Made by a program: the position numbers and the translations under genes | From: Bacillota bacterium | GTDB lineage: Bacteria; Bacillota; Desulfotomaculia; Desulfotomaculales; VENG01 | Assembly (NCBI GenBank): GCA_009711705.1 | Contig: VENG01000008.1 | Coordinates: 99,535 to 163,534 of the forward strand | DNA: 64,000 nt | Reading direction: 5' to 3' | In this document: positions 63,773-64,000 of the stretch, piece after piece | Numbering within the stretch: position 1 is the stretch's first letter | Layout: every line of letters starts with the position of its first letter | Notes under the pieces: generated by a model | What the model saw: the letters and a program-made list of their open reading frames with translations, nothing else | Databases searched by the model: none | What the model was told of the DNA's origin: nothing

Positions 63773-64000
63773 CCGGCTTAAATCCATTGAACATGAAATT
63801 ATAAAATGTATGAAATGCGGCAACTGCCAGGCGGTCTGCCCTCTGTACAAAGAAACAAGAGCCGAGAATGCGGTGGCCCGGGGGAAAGTGCAGCTGGCGG
63901 CAGCAGTCCTTAGCGGCAAACTGGACTATACAGCTGAGCTGGCCCACCGTTTTGACCTGTGCCTTACCTGTATGGCCTGTGTGAGCAACTGTCCTTGCGG
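63765..64000 (+). CDS. Fe-S subunit (GlcF/HdrD-like), N-terminal part, runs off window
   Basis: Not in the track. ATG 63765 overlaps the glcD stop: MSNRLKSIEHEIIKCMKCGNCQAVCP...CLTCMACVSNCP. Confidence 0.7.
   Translation, partial: MSNRLKSIEHEIIKCMKCGNCQAVCPLYKETRAENAVARGKVQLAAAVLSGKLDYTAELAHRFDLCLTCMACVSNCPC

Noticed and set aside
1-64000. tRNA, rRNA, tmRNA, transposase, integrase or known defence genes
   Set aside because: I scanned for T-loop-like GGTTCGAATCC-type sequences, rRNA-like blocks and hallmark protein motifs and found none. This was an eye scan only, so small RNAs may have been missed.

Overview
The gene content suggests a chromosomal window from a Gram-positive, spore-forming anaerobe. 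Supporting genes are a PdaA-like deacetylase, YetF/DUF421, YjcZ-like tiny proteins, comEA-comEC, a tungsten-type aldehyde:ferredoxin oxidoreductase and GlcD/GlcF lactate genes. A Peptococcaceae/Desulfotomaculum-like origin is inference only. I call about 75 protein genes. I saw no rRNA, tRNA, CRISPR array, transposase or integrase. Housekeeping genes (murJ, gap, tex, cysK, prfC, rnj) alternate with accessory blocks. The stretch 27.5-53 kb is an oxyanion/metalloid block containing:
- chrA;
- a PadR operon with a leaderless WtpA-like binding protein and a MOT1-type permease;
- a second PadR with a split permease and a Cys-rich mini-protein;
- an OmpR/histidine-kinase pair;
- two ArsR regulators, a thioredoxin-like protein and DUF318/ArsP-type permeases;
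- a radical-SAM/SPASM enzyme, acr3 and tandem ynfA.

Items most worth a second look:
1. An ArsP-type permease is interrupted only by one in-frame TGA, exactly where its in-window paralog has the first Cys of a CSC motif. It is either a selenocysteine candidate or a fresh nonsense mutation.
2. A 9-6-9 AT palindrome occurs three times. It links that permease, the radical-SAM/SPASM gene, a Cys-Cys mini-protein and acr3.
3. An identical 8-3-8 palindrome lies upstream of both chrA and the PadR/WtpA-like/JAB/MOT1 operon.
4. Two ORF-free intergenic regions (1.1 kb and 0.5 kb) are packed with a repeat built on a triple 9-nt sub-repeat. A second, modular hairpin repeat family sits at gene 3' ends.
5. 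Three genes have AUA/AUU/AUC as their only sensible start codon.

Many track ORFs are antisense shadows of real genes and were ignored.
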